The notes beneath the pieces were generated by a model. The model searched no databases. It had not been told where the DNA came from and saw nothing but the letters and a program-made list of their open reading frames with translations. Made by a program: the position numbers and the translations under genes. 64,000 bases of DNA from an uncultured delta proteobacterium (lineage in GTDB: Bacteria > Desulfobacterota > Binatia > UBA9968), in assembly GCA_963727625.1 (NCBI GenBank), contig CAVSHR010000004.1, positions 288,001-352,000 on the forward strand. The letters are read 5' to 3'. Shown piece by piece: positions 9,865-20,337 of this stretch; positions within the stretch are counted from its first letter, which is position 1; each line of letters opens with the position of its first letter.

Positions 9865-10884
9865 CTACGACAAATTGTAAAAACGTTTGGCGTTGTTGAG
9901 CAGAATGTCCTTCTTTGCATCCAATGACAGATCCTCGCGCCCCCAAAGGATGCTGCCGGATTCCGGCCAGCTCATGTCCCAGTGCGGATAGTCCGACGCG
10001 TACATGAGCGTCTTGGAGCCGATCTCGTTGACCACGTAGCTGATCATCTTCTCTTCGGGCTCGCAACCGAAGTATGAGTTTTCGCTGTAGAGATATTCGC
10101 TCGGTTTCTTTTTGCAGAGCGGAGCTTCCACCTTGCCGCGCTTCTCCCATTCTTCGTCCATGCGTTCGGCCCAGTACGGTAGCCAACCGCAGCCGACTTC
10201 CAGGTACCCGACTCTCAGCTTGGGAAACTTTTCCGGAATACCGCCAAACACCATGCCGGTGAGCTGGCGCAACACCGGAAATGGGTGCCCTGTGGTATGC
10301 AGGCAGATAAACTGGTCGAACACCTCGCTGCCCGGCTCGTCGCCGCCGAAGGCATGAATCGTGATCGGCGTGTTGAGCCGCTGCGCCTCTTCGTAGAGTG
10401 GATAGTATTCCGGGCTGCCGAGGTTTTTTCGATGGGCCTGAGCCGCCAGCATGCCGCCGCAAAGCCCCAGCTTGGTCACCGCCCGGTTGAGCTCCTTGGC
10501 GCATTCCGCTGGATTATTGACCGGCAAATTCGCCACCGCTTTCAAGCGCGGCGATCCCTTGCAATAATCCGCGATGAAATCATTATAAGCCCGGCACAGC
10601 GCGGTCTGAAAGTGTGCGTCGCGTACCCGCCCGACACCCAAGCCGCTGGTTGGGAACAGCACCGCTGTATCGATTTGCTGCACATCCATCGCCGCCAACC
10701 GCTCCTCAACCTTTGCGCCCGAGCGGCCTAGGGTGCCGCCGAGGTTGCGGTCGTAGTGCTCGCCAGGAATGAACGACGCCTTTTGATTTCGATAGGGCTC
10801 AGGCAGGTAGGGTCGAATCTCGTTGTCGAGATCGCGCGCGTGCGCGTCGGAATCCAAAACTTTTATCGCCTCACGTAATTCCAT
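9865..10884 (-). CDS. Amidohydrolase_2 family protein
   Basis: DSDAH; AVLFPT; AYNDFIADYC; FPKLRVGYLE.GCGWLP; YASDYPHWD. Confidence 0.9.
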   Translation of the reverse strand: MELREAIKVLDSDAHARDLDNEIRPYLPEPYRNQKASFIPGEHYDRNLGGTLGRSGAKVEERLAAMDVQQIDTAVLFPTSGLGVGRVRDAHFQTALCRAYNDFIADYCKGSPRLKAVANLPVNNPAECAKELNRAVTKLGLCGGMLAAQAHRKNLGSPEYYPLYEEAQRLNTPITIHAFGGDEPGSEVFDQFICLHTTGHPFPVLRQLTGMVFGGIPEKFPKLRVGYLEVGCGWLPYWAERMDEEWEKRGKVEAPLCKKKPSEYLYSENSYFGCEPEEKMISYVVNEIGSKTLMYASDYPHWDMSWPESGSILWGREDLSLDAKKDILLNNAKRFYNLS

Positions 10885-10937
10885 AGCTCTCTCCTGTTTT
10901 ATTGAGCTGCTACTAACGCCGGTCTTGGACGCTGCGG

Positions 10938-12074
10938 TTACGCCGCTTTTGGCAGGGACGCCGGCGCGTTGAGCTTATAGAGCTTTCTTACATTGCTGTT
11001 CAGCAACTTGTCGCGGCTGGCAGCCGGCAGCTCGGCCATGTCGCGGGCGATCACGTCGCGCGAGTGCGGCCACGTCGAGTTCTGATGCGGGTAGTCGTTG
11101 GACCACATGCAATTATCCACGCCCCACCAGGAAAACATTTTGCCGCCGATATGGTCGTTGAAAAACGTCGCATAAATCTGCTCGGCGAAATATTCGCTTG
11201 GCAGCTTGGACATAGGCACTTTTTCCGAGTGACGGTGGCGTTTGTATGCCTTATCGCACTTATCGAGCCAGAACGGAATCCAGCCGACTTCGTTCTCGAC
11301 CGAAACGATCTTGAGCTTGGGATGGCGTTCCAGCACGCCGGAAAAGATCATGTCGAAGAGCGCGTCCTCGATCTCGCGGGTCTGCTGCACGCCGATACGG
11401 TAGCGGTTAATGCCGTGGCTCGTCTGGCGGTTCATGCTCGCCCCGAAGCCGGTAAGAATATGCAGGTGTACCGGTAAGTCGAGATCCTGCGACGCGGCCC
11501 AAAAACGCTCGTAGTGATCCGAGGTAAAGGGGAGATTCGCATGGGGCACCTGCCAGATCATCGTCCCGACGATGCCCTGCTTCTTGCACCGTTCCATTTC
11601 GGCGATGGCATGATCGACGTCGAACATTGAGATCAAGGCGATTCCGTAAAGCCGGTCCGGCACTTTCTGGCAATAATCGATTACCCAATCGTTGTAGGTC
11701 CGGAACAGTGCTTCCTGCAGAGCCACGTCTTCGATGCAATATAAACCGAGACCCAGGCTTGGATAAAGAACTTCGGCGACGATGCCGTCCGTCACCATGT
11801 CCTTCATGCGTTCCATTGGATCCCAACCGCCGGGACGCGCCACGGAAAAACCCGCCCGGCGAAAACTCTCCACCTGTTCGGGTCGCTGGCCGGCCATGAA
11901 CAAGCCGCCCACCGCTTGAGTTGGCACGTCCGGCGAGCCGAACATCCAGGCGTCGCGCTTTTCGTCAAAGTAGGCTTTCGGGGCGCGCTCTTTGAACGAT
12001 GCCGGCATGCCCTTTTCCCATAGGTCCGGCACTTCGATCACGTGAGAATCCGACGAAATAATGGTTGTTTCCAT
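10938..12074 (-). CDS. Amidohydrolase_2 family protein
   Basis: ISSDSHVIE; EVLYPSLG; PVHLHI; HPKLKIVSVENEVGWIP; MWSNDYPH. Confidence 0.9.
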   Translation of the reverse strand: METTIISSDSHVIEVPDLWEKGMPASFKERAPKAYFDEKRDAWMFGSPDVPTQAVGGLFMAGQRPEQVESFRRAGFSVARPGGWDPMERMKDMVTDGIVAEVLYPSLGLGLYCIEDVALQEALFRTYNDWVIDYCQKVPDRLYGIALISMFDVDHAIAEMERCKKQGIVGTMIWQVPHANLPFTSDHYERFWAASQDLDLPVHLHILTGFGASMNRQTSHGINRYRIGVQQTREIEDALFDMIFSGVLERHPKLKIVSVENEVGWIPFWLDKCDKAYKRHRHSEKVPMSKLPSEYFAEQIYATFFNDHIGGKMFSWWGVDNCMWSNDYPHQNSTWPHSRDVIARDMAELPAASRDKLLNSNVRKLYKLNAPASLPKAA

Positions 12075-12091
12075 AACGTTCTCCTTCCGGG

Positions 12092-13111
12092 CTACTTCTT
12101 AGCCCAAAGCCTATTAAAAAATCCACTCTTTTCCATATCATCTAAATACCGGCTGTCGATCAATTCCTGCGGCTTGATCTTTTTGGCTCGCGGGTCGCGT
12201 CCAGCAAGCTCATCGAGAATCGCCTGCAACGATTTCGCCTTGATCGCCAGACGCGGTTCGAGCACTTTGATTTCCGCGTTATACGCTGACTCCAGGACCT
12301 TGCGATCGGTCACCCGCAAATACTTGCCCAGGACTTTATAAACGAACTCGCGGTCGGTGTGCATGATCTTGGCGGTTTCAGCCATGGCCCGCATAAAACT
12401 GCCGATGACCTGCGGCCGCTTGGCGATCACCGAGCGTTTGGTGACAAACGCCGTGGCGGCGTAGGGGATCTTAAGATCTGGACCGTAAATCACGTAATGA
12501 TAACCTTTGGCGATCGCCAGCGCGTCGGTGGGTGGCGTCAGGTTGGCCACGTCGATCGCGCCGCTGACGAACGCTGCAAAGGTCTCGGGATCGCCGCCGG
12601 TTTGAACGAACTGGACGTCGCGATTGGCGTCCATGCCAAAGCGCCGTAGCGCCTGGATTGTAAAGTAATGCGAGTTGCCGCCGATCCTGCTGACACCGAT
12701 CTTTTTGCCTTTGAGATCTTCCGGTTTTTTGATATTGCCGCCCGCCACCAAGGTTTGGGTCATGGTGTTTTTAATCCCGCCGACGAATACAACGTCGGTG
12801 GAGCCGCGGACATAGGCGGCAACGTTGCCGACCCCGCCGGTGACGGTCATCTCGGCGTCGCCGCCCAAAAGTGCCGCGGTGACAATGCTCGATGACGCAA
12901 CAAACACCAGATTGAAGTCGAGATTGTAATTTTTGAAGACCCCCGCTTCCTGCGCGATCCAAGGCATGGATTGCGACATGACCCGGGCCGAATGGATGCC
13001 GATCAATTGATCCGGCGCCGACGCCGCCTGAAGGAGATTTCCCTGAAAACCGATCAGCAGCGCCAACAATAAAAACCCAAATTTTGCCAAAAGCTTCTGT
13101 TTCATCGTCAC
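12092..13111 (-). CDS. ABC-type substrate-binding protein, NMT1/SsuA/TauA-like
   Basis: Signal peptide; PWIAQEAGVF; DLKGKKIGVSRIG; C-terminal ELIDSRYLDDMEKSGF. Confidence 0.88.
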   Translation of the reverse strand: MTMKQKLLAKFGFLLLALLIGFQGNLLQAASAPDQLIGIHSARVMSQSMPWIAQEAGVFKNYNLDFNLVFVASSSIVTAALLGGDAEMTVTGGVGNVAAYVRGSTDVVFVGGIKNTMTQTLVAGGNIKKPEDLKGKKIGVSRIGGNSHYFTIQALRRFGMDANRDVQFVQTGGDPETFAAFVSGAIDVANLTPPTDALAIAKGYHYVIYGPDLKIPYAATAFVTKRSVIAKRPQVIGSFMRAMAETAKIMHTDREFVYKVLGKYLRVTDRKVLESAYNAEIKVLEPRLAIKAKSLQAILDELAGRDPRAKKIKPQELIDSRYLDDMEKSGFFNRLWAKK

Positions 13112-13289
13112 CTGCCCTCAAACTGTCCGTAAAGTTGTCGAATAAATCCTGTATCTTCTACCTCCTTTAGGAACCTATTGTCAAAAAAATCCTTGGGCTG
13201 GTCGGTAACCGCAAGCACAGACTCGATCTGCTCCTTAGCGGATTGATATGGAGACATTGGAAACAATAAATCGAACGTCACACTTCAAG

Positions 13290-14315
13290 CTACGCCCAAA
13301 AGCGCTTCTTCCAACCGGCAATCGCTTGCGGATTGACCACCGTGTCCGGAACTATGCCATCGAGAATCGCCAACATGCTCGCCGCCGCCATCCGCTGGCC
13401 GGCCTCGATGGAGCCCGGATTGGTGCCGATGATATGCGGCGTGAAGATCAACCGGCTCGGATCGACTTGGCGTAGCGGGCTATCGGCGGCGAGCGGTTCT
13501 TGGTCGAAGACGTCGAGCGCCGCGCCGGCGATGACGTTTTCGTTTAACGCCTGAACCAGATCGTTTTCCTTGAGCGCCGGACCGCGCGAAGTATTGACGA
13601 TGAACGCGGTCGGCTTCATCATTTTCAACTCGTTGAGGCCGATCATGCCGCGGGTCTCGCGGGTCAAGATCACATGCAGGGTCACCAAATCGGAACCTAT
13701 GAGCAGGGTCTCCAACGAGACCATGTTGACGCCCAAGGCCGACACGGTTTGCTGCGTCACGTAGGGATCGTAGCCGAGAATTTTCATGCCCCAGGAGCCG
13801 AGCCGCTTGGCGACGTTCTGGCCGATGCGGCCGACTCCGATGATGCCGACGGTCTTGCCGACCATGAGCACGCCGCGGTTCTGCGGCTCCTTCCAGCCGC
13901 CGCCGCGCAGGAACGCCTCGTTGAGCCTGAGACGCTTGAACAGCGCAACCATGAAACCGACCGTCGCTTCAGCCACCCCCAGGTAGTTTTCCGGCGTCGG
14001 GCTGTTGCAGCAAAGAATACCAAGGTCGGTGGCGGCGTCGACGTCGACGCTCTCGATGCCGATGCTCGATTTCACCACCGCCTGCAAATTCACGCAGGAG
14101 TCGAGTATATCGGCGCCGATGTAATCCCGCCCGTTAGGATAAAGAATGGAGCAGTCGCCGATCAGATCGAGCAGCTCTCGTCGCTCGTAGCGGAACTCGG
14201 GAAATTCATCCGCTGATTTGCCGAGGCGCAACTCGCAGCCGGCCGCGCGCAGGATATCCTGGGCGACCTTGAGGCGAGCGGGACCGGTGATGCAAATATT
14301 TCGTTGCGCGGTCAT
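13290..14315 (-). CDS. D-isomer-specific 2-hydroxyacid dehydrogenase (SerA-like)
   Basis: GKTVGIIGVGRIG; IVNTSRGP; GAALDVFDQEP; TPHI. Confidence 0.9.
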   Translation of the reverse strand: MTAQRNICITGPARLKVAQDILRAAGCELRLGKSADEFPEFRYERRELLDLIGDCSILYPNGRDYIGADILDSCVNLQAVVKSSIGIESVDVDAATDLGILCCNSPTPENYLGVAEATVGFMVALFKRLRLNEAFLRGGGWKEPQNRGVLMVGKTVGIIGVGRIGQNVAKRLGSWGMKILGYDPYVTQQTVSALGVNMVSLETLLIGSDLVTLHVILTRETRGMIGLNELKMMKPTAFIVNTSRGPALKENDLVQALNENVIAGAALDVFDQEPLAADSPLRQVDPSRLIFTPHIIGTNPGSIEAGQRMAAASMLAILDGIVPDTVVNPQAIAGWKKRFWA

Positions 14316-14327
14316 GCCAAAAACTTT

Positions 14328-15347
14328 TTAAAGATTATAGAGCCGCTTGGCCGTCTCGGCGAAAAGCCATTTCTTGGCTTCGTCGTTCAAGTCCTTGCGC
14401 CGGCCCAGGTGCTCGATGTTCTCCGGGAATTCGGTGTCCCAGTGCGGATAATCCGAGGCGTAGTAAATCACCTTGCGGGTCAAAATCTCGGCGGCGGCGC
14501 CGATCATCGGCTCGTAATCTTCGGCGTGAAAATAGATCCGCCCTTCTTTGAGATATTCCGTCGGTTTCTTCTTGCACATGGGCGCTTCGACCTCGCCGCG
14601 CTTTTCCCATTCTTCATTCATCCGGCCGAACCAGTAGGGCGCCCAGCTGCATCCCGCTTCCATGAACGCCACCCGCAGTTTCGGAAAGCGGTCGAAGACG
14701 CCGCGAAACATCATACTGCACGCTTGCATCATTTGCGCAAAGGAATGGGACAGCGTGTGCACTTCGATGAACTGATCGAACATGTCGCCGGCAAAATAAT
14801 GCGGCCCGCGCACCGTGGCATGCACGCCGACCATGCAATCGAGCTTCTCCGCTTCTTCGTAGATCGGCCAGAAGCTCTCATGCCCGAGCGGCAAACGGAG
14901 CCCCACCGCGGGCAGCATCAGGCCGACGAGGTTCAGCTCTTTGATTGCGCGGCGCAATTCTTTGACGGCTTCCGGAACATCTTGAAAAGAAACCAGGGCG
15001 ACGCATTTGAGGCGGGGACTGACCTTTTGAAACTCTTCGGCGCAGAAATCATTCCAGGCTTTCGCATAGGCCACGGCGACATCGGGCTCGCGGATCCAAC
15101 CCACGCTCAAGCCGTTGGTCGGATAGAGCACGGCAGTGGAAATTCCGCCCTTATCCATAGCGTCGAGCCAGCTCTTGGCGTCCCTGGCGCGCGTGCCGAG
15201 CTTCCCGCTCAACGAACGGTCCCAGCTATCGCGCGGGGTCAACGTCGCGGCGCGTTTGGCGTACTTCTCCGGCATGTATTTTTTTAGCTGGGCGTCTTCC
15301 TCGGTGATATGGCCGTCGGCATCGATGACTTCGAAATTTCCCGCCAT
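14328..15347 (-). CDS. Amidohydrolase_2 family protein (close paralogue of 9865..10884)
   Basis: IDADGHI; YASDYPHWD; shares EEWEKRG.VEAP.CKKKP.EYL with 9865..10884. Confidence 0.9.
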   Translation of the reverse strand: MAGNFEVIDADGHITEEDAQLKKYMPEKYAKRAATLTPRDSWDRSLSGKLGTRARDAKSWLDAMDKGGISTAVLYPTNGLSVGWIREPDVAVAYAKAWNDFCAEEFQKVSPRLKCVALVSFQDVPEAVKELRRAIKELNLVGLMLPAVGLRLPLGHESFWPIYEEAEKLDCMVGVHATVRGPHYFAGDMFDQFIEVHTLSHSFAQMMQACSMMFRGVFDRFPKLRVAFMEAGCSWAPYWFGRMNEEWEKRGEVEAPMCKKKPTEYLKEGRIYFHAEDYEPMIGAAAEILTRKVIYYASDYPHWDTEFPENIEHLGRRKDLNDEAKKWLFAETAKRLYNL

Positions 15348-15618
15348 AGCTCAACCCTCCGTGCGTGCGCTGTTTGACTCCCCTCTACGCCTCGCCCCTG
15401 CTATGTGTCAAGGGAAGCTGGGCCGAGCGAGGAAGCGAAATTATCGACCACTTCTTGAGTCAACCCAGGAATAGGTTTAAGCAGTCGTCAATGGGCCAAA
15501 GCAGCTCAGCGTGAGTCGAGACGGCGCGAGCGGCGAAATTTTAACGGAAGAATGGGGCTAAGGCGATGACAAACGGTTACGGTCGCGAAATTGACTTTAT
15601 CGAAAGGAGCGGTACGTA

Positions 15619-15897
15619 ATGGTAAAAACCGGCGGGGTCATTTTCGTGCTCGCCTGGACCCTGTGGATCCGCACCCAGACGCCGACCTCGGACACCTGGA
15701 ACGCCGCTCCGGGATTGCCGAGCCAAGAAAAATGCCAGGCCAGCATCAAAGAAAAATTGGACGTATGGCGGCAATTTAAGGATGCCGTGTTCAGCGGCAA
15801 CAGCGTGACGTTTACCGGCAACAGCAGCACGATGATCTATCTTTGCTTGCCGGAAAGCAAAGACCCGCGTAAAACCCGCAAAAGTGCCGAACCTTAA
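15619..15897 (+). CDS. Small hypothetical exported protein with two Cys
   Basis: SD AAGGAG upstream; hydrophobic N-terminus; AWTLW..C..YLCLP pattern. Confidence 0.65.
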   Translation: MVKTGGVIFVLAWTLWIRTQTPTSDTWNAAPGLPSQEKCQASIKEKLDVWRQFKDAVFSGNSVTFTGNSSTMIYLCLPESKDPRKTRKSAEP

Positions 15898-16069
15898 AAA
15901 TCGCAGCGCATCGAAGCCGGGATCTGATATCCCGCACTCTACGGCGCAATCCAGTCCGAAACCAGTTAGGACATTTCCGCAGGTGGTTAGTGCCGTCTAA
16001 TTCACCGAGCGAACCGTCCGACGGATGTTTAGGAATTTAGCTCTTGAACGATTGAAACCTTTCTAGCCC

Positions 16070-16666
16070 CTAGAACGTATCCACCAATTCCCGCAGCCGG
16101 TCTTTCGCTGACGATAAAATCGGCACGCCGTCACCGACCAGTAGAATAGCGAAGTCTAGCCCCAGCAGCCCCCTCACGCTATCACGCAAGCGCGGCGGAT
16201 CGTCCACGACCTTGTCCGGTAAGAGCCTGCACCTCCCCGGCGGATCGCCGACCGCTGCATCCCCAACCAAGAGGATTCTTCGCTCCGGCCAATGCAGCAC
16301 AACTTCGCCCAACGATTTACCCGGGGCGCCGACCACGACGAACGGCCCCACCTTGATGCCGATTCTCAATTCGTCATCCAGCTCCGCGCCCTCGCTGCGC
16401 GCGTGCGCCGCGTCCGCAGGGTGGATCGCCGTTCGCGCGCCCGTCCGGGCGCGAATCTTGTTCGCCGCGCGTGAGTGATTGCGATTGGTGATGAGAATAC
16501 GCGCGACCCCCTCCCGCTCCATTTCCGCCAAGTCCTCGTCGCTGGGCTCCACGGGATCCACGCAAAGATTTCCATCAGCGTACTTAATGAAGTGGCCGTT
16601 AAAATTGTAGCCATGCGGCTCGGAAAACCACGGCCAGGTGTAAATGCCCGTCAGGATCTCATACAT
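16070..16666 (-). CDS. Metallo-beta-lactamase-fold hydrolase (atypical metal motif)
   Basis: NLCVDP; ILITNRNHSR; IHPADA; LLVGDA; LLVGDG. Confidence 0.75.
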   Translation of the reverse strand: MYEILTGIYTWPWFSEPHGYNFNGHFIKYADGNLCVDPVEPSDEDLAEMEREGVARILITNRNHSRAANKIRARTGARTAIHPADAAHARSEGAELDDELRIGIKVGPFVVVGAPGKSLGEVVLHWPERRILLVGDAAVGDPPGRCRLLPDKVVDDPPRLRDSVRGLLGLDFAILLVGDGVPILSSAKDRLRELVDTF

Positions 16667-16772
16667 TTTAACTCCAGCTCGCTCCCTTCTATGGCTTGTA
16701 GCGATATCACAGCGTCATACTAGCACGGTTCCACGATCTTTGGGTCATAGTCATGGCGCCGTGTAATGTGCC

Positions 16773-17552
16773 TTAAGGGTTCGCCACAACGTTCCCCAAA
16801 GGCCAGGTGGAGCCGTCGCCGCCGATCTCCAGCTTGATATCGACGGCGACGGCGGCGTCCTTTAGAATTACCGGCAGGCCGGCGCCGCGGGTGGCCAGAA
16901 ACTCAATTCCGCCGTAGGACCAATACCTGTCCGGAACGCTCACGCCGGCGCCGTCCGGATGCGGCGGCAGGATCTTAATCGGCCGCCCATCATAGAAGCC
17001 CAAAATGTTGCGCTTCTCTCGCCACTCTTTGACTGCCGGGTTTATCCTGCCGGTGTTGGGATCAAACGCCTTCAGGTGTTCGGCGCTGTGGTAGAGCGCC
17101 ACCAATTGCGGATCGTTGATCATGGCCGGCAAGATCATCGCGCTGGGAAGCTTGCTGTATTTCTCACGCCAGGAAGTTCTTGGAATTGCCAGATGCGCGT
17201 GATTGAGGTCCAATGGAAAAAAGTACCGTGCGGCGCCCGCTTGCAAAATCTCCTTTAGGTGCCGGAGTGTTTCACTGACAAACCGGCACGGCAGCCGGCG
17301 TTGTTTGCCATAGAACACTGCGCTAAAGTCCGAGGCTCCAAAAAAGCAACTCGCGGCCTTGAGCGGTTGTTTCAGGCGTTTTCCGTAATTTATCTGGTAG
17401 CGATAAGCGATTTCAATTTCCTTGGCGGTGAAGTGCCACGGGTTACGATAGGGCTGTGCACCAAGAAGGGAGCCATTGCTGATAACCAGCGCGAAAGACG
17501 TGAAAATTACAGCGGCGAGCAGCATATCCGAATCCCCCCTTTCATCATACAC
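16773..17552 (-). CDS. Hypothetical exported protein (start may be ATG 17525)
   Basis: Signal-peptide-like N-terminus; 259-aa ORF with motifs FFPLDLNHAH and LYHSAEHL. Confidence 0.7.
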   Translation of the reverse strand: MYDERGDSDMLLAAVIFTSFALVISNGSLLGAQPYRNPWHFTAKEIEIAYRYQINYGKRLKQPLKAASCFFGASDFSAVFYGKQRRLPCRFVSETLRHLKEILQAGAARYFFPLDLNHAHLAIPRTSWREKYSKLPSAMILPAMINDPQLVALYHSAEHLKAFDPNTGRINPAVKEWREKRNILGFYDGRPIKILPPHPDGAGVSVPDRYWSYGGIEFLATRGAGLPVILKDAAVAVDIKLEIGGDGSTWPLGNVVANP

Positions 17553-17905
17553 CCTAAGACGTTCTCCCCTATCAAGATAAATTCCGGCACCTTTAAGTCA
17601 ACCGGAAAAAGTAGAATCCGGAATCATCAGACCTTTCCGGCCCGACTCTGTTTATTGAATTGTCGAAGTCAGCTCTTTTGTCTGAACCATGCGGTCATGT
17701 GAGAGTAGGCAAACTTCTGAGGTAAACACGGAGTGACAACGTCGTTGCCGCTCGATGCGTTGCGCAACGTGAAAAATTGACAGAGAAATTGTGTCTGCTT
17801 CGCTAATGTTGTGAACTTAATTTCTCCAGCTTCAAATAACCGCAAATCCTAATGGCTTGCGCTCCCAATCATGCGTGATTTAAACGGGGAAGCCGGCGAG
17901 TCCGG

Positions 17906-18577
17906 TTAACGAAATAACGATCGCGCAGCACCGCTGACTATTGCCATATAGGTTCCCAAAAGCAGCAATGTGATCAGAAAATTCCTTTTCCAATGACCGC
18001 TCAGGGCGATTCCGAATGGCAGCCCGGTGAGGAAACCAATGATGTGAGCCGCGTAGGCGACGTGCGGGTCGTAGCCGGGAATCCGGCTCTTTTCGTAGAC
18101 CACGACGAGGTTGTAAATGAAGTAAAGAATCGCGATCAATCCCTGTGGCGCGAGAAAAAGCCAGGAGAACTTGAGCGGCCGGACGAGCATGACACAGCCT
18201 GCAAGCGCGAAGATTGCCGCCGAGGCGCCAAGCATTCCGGTCCCAAAGGGCATAAAGGCCACGCCAAGGATGAAGCTTGCGACGCCGCCGGTGAAGAAGA
18301 TCGTCAGGAGCATTTGTGATCCGAGGGATTTCCCCAACGTGCTTCCGAAGACAAATAAAAACAGCATGTTTCCGAACAGGTGGATGACGTTGGCGTGAAC
18401 AAACAGCGCCGCGACCAGAGTCCAGACTCGGCCCCTTTCGAGGTTCGCCAAATTAAAGACAAGGTTTCTTTGGGCAAACCCCGGGTCCTGTTGCCATGCC
18501 CAGAGACTTGCCGCGATGCAAGCGATTATCAGCAGTAAAGTCGTTCTCAAATAATTGCCTCCGGGCAGATCATACAC
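17906..18577 (-). CDS. Rhomboid family intramembrane serine protease (start may be TTG 18550)
   Basis: W..V.ALFVHANVIHLFGNMLFL; GASAA catalytic Ser; AHIIGFLTG catalytic His. Confidence 0.92.
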   Translation of the reverse strand: MYDLPGGNYLRTTLLLIIACIAASLWAWQQDPGFAQRNLVFNLANLERGRVWTLVAALFVHANVIHLFGNMLFLFVFGSTLGKSLGSQMLLTIFFTGGVASFILGVAFMPFGTGMLGASAAIFALAGCVMLVRPLKFSWLFLAPQGLIAILYFIYNLVVVYEKSRIPGYDPHVAYAAHIIGFLTGLPFGIALSGHWKRNFLITLLLLGTYMAIVSGAARSLFR

Positions 18578-18952
18578 AAATTCATTTCAATCCGCTCGCT
18601 TGCCCTGTGTCGTCGTCGCCGTAAATCGCAATAGGATCAGGAAAGTAAATTCGGGCAGATGGATGAGGGCCTCGCTCTGGCCGCGTCTTCCCTCTTTGCC
18701 TCGATCGTGGAGAAAATCAGCGGGATCGGGCTATTACGACTGGACTATTTCTTTGATTTGTCAAAGTTTGAGCCGGTCGAAGCAACGGCAGCGGAGCAAT
18801 GGTACCCACTTCACCTCGAACATGCTGCTGGTAGCGTCAATCGGCGTTGAAATGCCAAACTCGCCCGCGTTGGCGTTAAAATGGTTGATAGCGCGAGCTA
18901 CGAAAACAGGGAAAAAATCGGAGAAGCCCAGCGGCCCGACCCGTTCATTTCA

Positions 18953-19129
18953 CACCCCAGTGGAAATCCGAAAAACGTCGCCTACGATGTCCAGACCTAC
19001 GCGGTTCCGGCGGAATCCGGTGGAATGTTTGAGTTCAGGGTCCCCGAAGCGGGCAAATATCTACTCGTCGACCAGGACAAGCTTTCGCAACTTCCCAAGG
19101 GTCTGGTTATTCCGATCGTGGCTCGCTAG
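18953..19129 (+). pseudogene. Remnant of a copper nitrite reductase / multicopper oxidase C-terminus
   Basis: HPSGNPKNVAYDVQTYAVPAESGGMFEFRVPEAGKYLLVDQD resembles the NirK C-terminal cupredoxin segment; no N-terminal domain upstream. Confidence 0.6.
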
Positions 19130-19279
19130 ACGGGGAAATCATTCGAGTCGGGCGATTGGCTTACCATCAACTCGGATTTACGAAAGAACTCGGCGGCTCA
19201 GCTCCTACGATGCAACTATATTGAGAAGTCGAAATCGGCCCCCGTTTGCCTGATCGGTCCGCTCACGCGTGCCGTGCTG

Positions 19280-20218
19280 CTAGACGCGGGGAAAGACTTC
19301 CTTCGCCATCCACTCCATCCGTTCCAGTGTTTCGGTTATGTTCGGCCGGCGCACATCGAAGATCATCGTGTCGACCCCCGCGGTGCTATAAGCGCGGATG
19401 TCCGATGCAACTTCTTCAGCGCTTCCGATAAATCGCCGGCGTTTTCCCGGCGCAATTTGTTTTTCGCGGTCGAAGAGCGAGCCCTTTAACGCGACGCGAA
19501 TTTCCTTGGGATCGCGGCCGGCTTTTTCGGCGTATTCCCGCAGCATCGACCTGTCCTTGACGATGTCCTCGGGTTCGAGCGGTATGGTCGGCACGCCGCC
19601 GATCGGGTGCCAGCCGTCGCCGAGGCGGGCGGCGCGGCGGATCGCATGTTTGCTGTGACCGCCGATCCAAATCGGGATCGCCGGTTTCTGCACAGGTTTA
19701 GGCAAAAAAAGAATGTCGGAGAAGCTGCAATACTTGCCGCTGAAGCTCGGATTATCGCTAGTCCATAACTCGCGAAACGCCGCGATGTATTCGTCCGTGA
19801 CTTTGCCGCGCTCTTTGAAGGGCTCGGTGCGGATAGTTTCGAATTCTTCCTTCATCCAGCCGACGCCGGCGCCGACGATCACGCGCCCGTTCGACAAAAC
19901 GTCCAGGCTCGCCAGCATCTTGGCCGTGACGATCGGGTTGCGATAAGGCAGAATCATGACACTGGTCACGAAGCGAATCCGTTTAGTCGCGCCCGCAAGA
20001 AAACCCATCGTCATCAGAGTTTCGAGATGATAACCCGTGCCGGGATATTTTCCGTCTACGGTGTAGGGATAGGGAACCGAAATATTTTTCGGCACGATGA
20101 CATGGTCGGCGACCGTCAGGCAGTAAAAACCCAAGGCCTCGGCTTGTTGCGCGAAACGAACCAACTCTTCGGCTTTAACGGTCGCGCTGGATGCCGGGAG
20201 GTGTAGTCCAAAATCCAT
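19280..20218 (-). CDS. LLM-class, probable F420-dependent oxidoreductase
   Basis: AEALGF..LTVADHVIVP; YRNPIVTAKMLASLDVLSNGR..GAGVGWMKEEF; PKPVQKP.IPIWIGG; GDGWHP. Confidence 0.9.
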   Translation of the reverse strand: MDFGLHLPASSATVKAEELVRFAQQAEALGFYCLTVADHVIVPKNISVPYPYTVDGKYPGTGYHLETLMTMGFLAGATKRIRFVTSVMILPYRNPIVTAKMLASLDVLSNGRVIVGAGVGWMKEEFETIRTEPFKERGKVTDEYIAAFRELWTSDNPSFSGKYCSFSDILFLPKPVQKPAIPIWIGGHSKHAIRRAARLGDGWHPIGGVPTIPLEPEDIVKDRSMLREYAEKAGRDPKEIRVALKGSLFDREKQIAPGKRRRFIGSAEEVASDIRAYSTAGVDTMIFDVRRPNITETLERMEWMAKEVFPRV

Positions 20219-20337
20219 GCTTGTTCATCCTTCGCATTACTTGTTACAGCGGCGCGAAGAGCGCGGAAGAAATAATTTTTGTCGAGACTTTTTCGGACGC
20301 ACCGAGCTCTGCGCCTTTGTGGTGACTGGTTTTTGCT

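Noticed and set aside
15955-16035. GTTAGG/GTTAGT boxes suggesting an attC
   Set aside because: No matching R'' box or paired L boxes.
18555-19253. 232-aa plus-strand ORF
   Set aside because: Ser/Arg-rich with no recognisable motif; the nirK-like frame explains the region better.
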